From assembly GCA_963666315.2 (NCBI GenBank), contig CAXXHG010000041.1, positions 27,625 to 91,624 on the forward strand: a stretch of 64,000 bases of DNA, written 5' to 3'. The notes below the pieces were generated by a model, which was not told the origin of the DNA, searched no databases, and saw only the letters and a list, made by a program, of their open reading frames with translations. Below, in pieces: positions 61,835 through 64,000 of this stretch. This stretch comes from Candidatus Binatia bacterium. Its GTDB lineage: Bacteria > Desulfobacterota > Binatia > Bin18. Both the position numbers and the translations under genes were made by a program. Within the stretch, counting starts at the first letter, position 1. Each line of letters opens with the position of its first letter.

Positions 61835-62266
61835 TCAACTTACCACCACCACGACCCCACCGACAATCAAAATGGTCCCTACGACATCCACCCGCGTCAC
61901 TCGCCCTACGTCATGCAGGATGAGATAGCTCAGGATGAGGGTCACGAGCGGAACGGTGGAGATGAACGGCGCGACTATGGAGGCGGGGAGACGTTCAAGC
62001 GCGAAAAACAGGGAAAAATGGCTACGGTCGAAACCATCCCAGCCAACCCAAAATACCAGCCCGCCTGACGTGGCAGGGCCACAAGATAGTGCCCCGGCCC
62101 ACTCAAGAAGAAATAAGTCGTATACACAATCGCACTTGCAACGATGCCAATACAAGCTCCCAGCACCGGCTCGTTACTCAGGTGTAAGCCCAGTTTTGCC
62201 AAGATCGGATTGGGTCCCGTAGCACAGCGCCGCAAGCAGCGGATAAAGCACATCTTTCGTCTTCAT
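61835..62266 (-). pseudogene. EamA/DMT transporter half, frameshifted
   Basis: MKTKDVLYPLLAALCYGT / NPILAKLGL / FALERLPASIVAPF in three different frames. Confidence 0.65.
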
Positions 62267-62275
62267 CCGTCGCTC

Positions 62276-62707
62276 TCAGCCACGCTGCTGCCCGGTTAGT
62301 ACCACTGCCCCGGCCACGATACGCAAGATACCGGAGAGAATTTTTAGCGTGATGTGTTCACCCAGAAAGAGCACCGCAAAGACGGTTGTGAACAGTGGAG
62401 CCGTATTCACCAGCGGCGTACTCTTGACTGGCCCAAGCCGAGCAACCCCGATGTAATTAAACAATCGACCCAGGCATGGACCTGAGATTCCCGCTAGCAC
62501 GAACCACAGCGCCGCTTGCGGAGCGACGGCGTGTATTACTGAGCGAGGATAGAAAGTGAAGACCAATACAAGCAATGGCAAGCTTGCAAAGAGCCCGTCG
62601 AGAACGCCGACCGAGACGTTGGCATGAGGCAGTCCCTTGCGCACCAAAATCGGTACCACGCCCCATAATAATGCGGCTGTTAATGCAAAAGCTTCGCCGT
62701 AGAGCAC
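62276..62707 (-). CDS. EamA/DMT transporter half
   Basis: AALLWG, GVARLGP, PLFTTVFAVLFLGE. Confidence 0.8.
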   Translation of the reverse strand: MLYGEAFALTAALLWGVVPILVRKGLPHANVSVGVLDGLFASLPLLVLVFTFYPRSVIHAVAPQAALWFVLAGISGPCLGRLFNYIGVARLGPVKSTPLVNTAPLFTTVFAVLFLGEHITLKILSGILRIVAGAVVLTGQQRG

Positions 62708-62920
62708 GCGGCCTCCAGTCGTTATTATAAAAACTCTGTGACCTTCTCCCCCAGGCTAGGCTGGAATCCTCAAGCCGAGAAAGAAGACATTAAGGGATTG
62801 CATGTCCTGTCCGCTAGCGGCTCGTCAGTCTGTTAACGACGGGCAGCATGATCAACTATCTCGACCGGGTCAATATCGCTGTTACGGCCCTGGGCACCTG
62901 CAGGCAGCTGAGGGTTGACC

Positions 62921-62996
62921 GCACTACCGGGGCACTACCGGGGCACTACCGGGGCACTACCGGGGCACTACCGGGGCACTACCGGGGCACTGCCGG
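62921..62996 (+). repeat. 11-bp tandem repeat (VNTR)
   Basis: GCACTACCGGG x6 plus a degenerate seventh copy. Confidence 0.95.
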
Positions 62997-63203
62997 TACT
63001 CATGCCGCGTCGTCATTCTCATTCCTGCTCATTCCCGCTCATTAGCGCCGTTCCGGTTGTCTTCAACTGAGCGATCTGATAAATTCCCTTCTTGTCTTTG
63101 GATTTTTCATACTACTGGGAACAATAAACAGCCGACCCCGGAGACTATTATGAATAGTCCGGGGTTTCTTTTTATTGTGTCAAATCGCTAAGGAGGAAGT
63201 TTT

Positions 63204-63491
63204 ATGGCAAGACCACGTCGAGGCGGCGGCGGTCGCCGGAGACGGAAGCGGACCGAGAAGAGCTCGGAGCCGGCCGTCGAAAAAGATATTATTGAGATGA
63301 GTGGGAAAGTAACCCAAGTCCTTCCCAACGCGTTTTTTCGTGTCGAGCTTGAGAACGGGCACACTATTCTTGCCCATGTTGCGGGCAAGATGCGTAAATT
63401 CTTTATTAAAATCATCCAAGGGGACAATGTCACAGTACAGCTCTCCCCGTATGACCTCCAACGCGGCCGCATTACCTTCCGTCAGCGCTAG
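63204..63491 (+). CDS. infA: translation initiation factor IF-1 with Arg/Gly-rich N-terminal extension
   Basis: [46 protein letters not shown]. Confidence 0.93.
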   Translation: MARPRRGGGGRRRRKRTEKSSEPAVEKDIIEMSGKVTQVLPNAFFRVELENGHTILAHVAGKMRKFFIKIIQGDNVTVQLSPYDLQRGRITFRQR

Positions 63492-63626
63492 CCTCCGGCG
63501 CAAACGGCTGTCCTCAGCCTCGGTGAGTCCAAAGCAGTCAGCACGGAGCCGGCACCGCTCAGACGTTCACATCCTGACCCTTGAGTAGGGTATAATACAA
63601 GAAGAACCCTAAGAGGGAGGTGAACG

Positions 63627-64000
63627 ATGGATAAGGCAGCAGTACGCTCCAGAAAAAAAGCGCCCTATCGTACACGGACGCATCTCATCCATGGCAGTCC
63701 TGACAGCAAACGCTGGGATTATAACCACCATGTGATTCCCCCCCTGACCGCTTCAACAACCTATTCGGCTCAGTTCAGCCCATCGTGGCGAACAGGGATT
63801 TATCGAGTTCGCCCAGCATGAGTATGCTGGACTAGACGAAATAGAGACGACCACTGGAACTGCAGCAGACAACTCCCGGCGAGTGCCCATCTATATCTAC
63901 GACCGTCTGGATGAGCCTACCCGGGGCATGCTGGAGGAAAATTTAGCCTATGTTGAAGGGGGAGAGACAGCCATCTGTTTCGCCACTGGCATGGCCGCCA
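63627..64000 (+). pseudogene. Cys/Met metabolism PLP enzyme (methionine gamma-lyase-like), partial, frameshift near 63765
   Basis: THLIHG..IPPLTASTTY, then YIYDRLDEPTRGMLEENLAYVEGGE..FATGMAA in another frame. Confidence 0.7.

Noticed and set aside
62276-62278. TGA in frame between two EamA halves as read-through
   Set aside because: Linker position with no redox motif; the second half has its own ATG and is frameshifted
62921-62996. CRISPR array
   Set aside because: Direct tandem 11-mers with no spacers and no cas genes

Overview
Bacterial chromosomal window of moderately high GC. Many LLM, PPOX and Ddn-type F420/flavin oxidoreductases, a class III cyclase-AAA-TPR gene and dense REP/MITE repeats suggest a Binatia/Entotheonella-like lineage; this is an inference. 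The main signal, missed by the ORF track, is four genes that appear split but read in frame through a UGA lying in a redox Cys motif, each followed 18-25 nt later by a short hairpin with a G-rich loop (bacterial SECIS-like). They are two tandem AhpD-related proteins (CFYU; UGA 636 and 1872), an orphan PrdB/GrdB-type selenoprotein B with an extra C-terminal domain (UPLC; UGA 5500), and a peroxiredoxin-like/DsbD-N fusion (WUPSC; UGA 19258, minus strand). All four sit in an oxidative catabolic and redox neighbourhood. The accessory part of the window is heavily eroded by frameshifts, nonsense codons and deletion-fused gene halves, while proS, pyrF, eno, ABC-F, pepF and infA are intact. Also present are three toxin-antitoxin loci, an orphan COX3/COX4-like module, a REP-bounded orphan cassette, a histone-like PAKKA protein and an 11-bp VNTR. 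No rRNA, tRNA, CRISPR array or sel machinery genes were seen.
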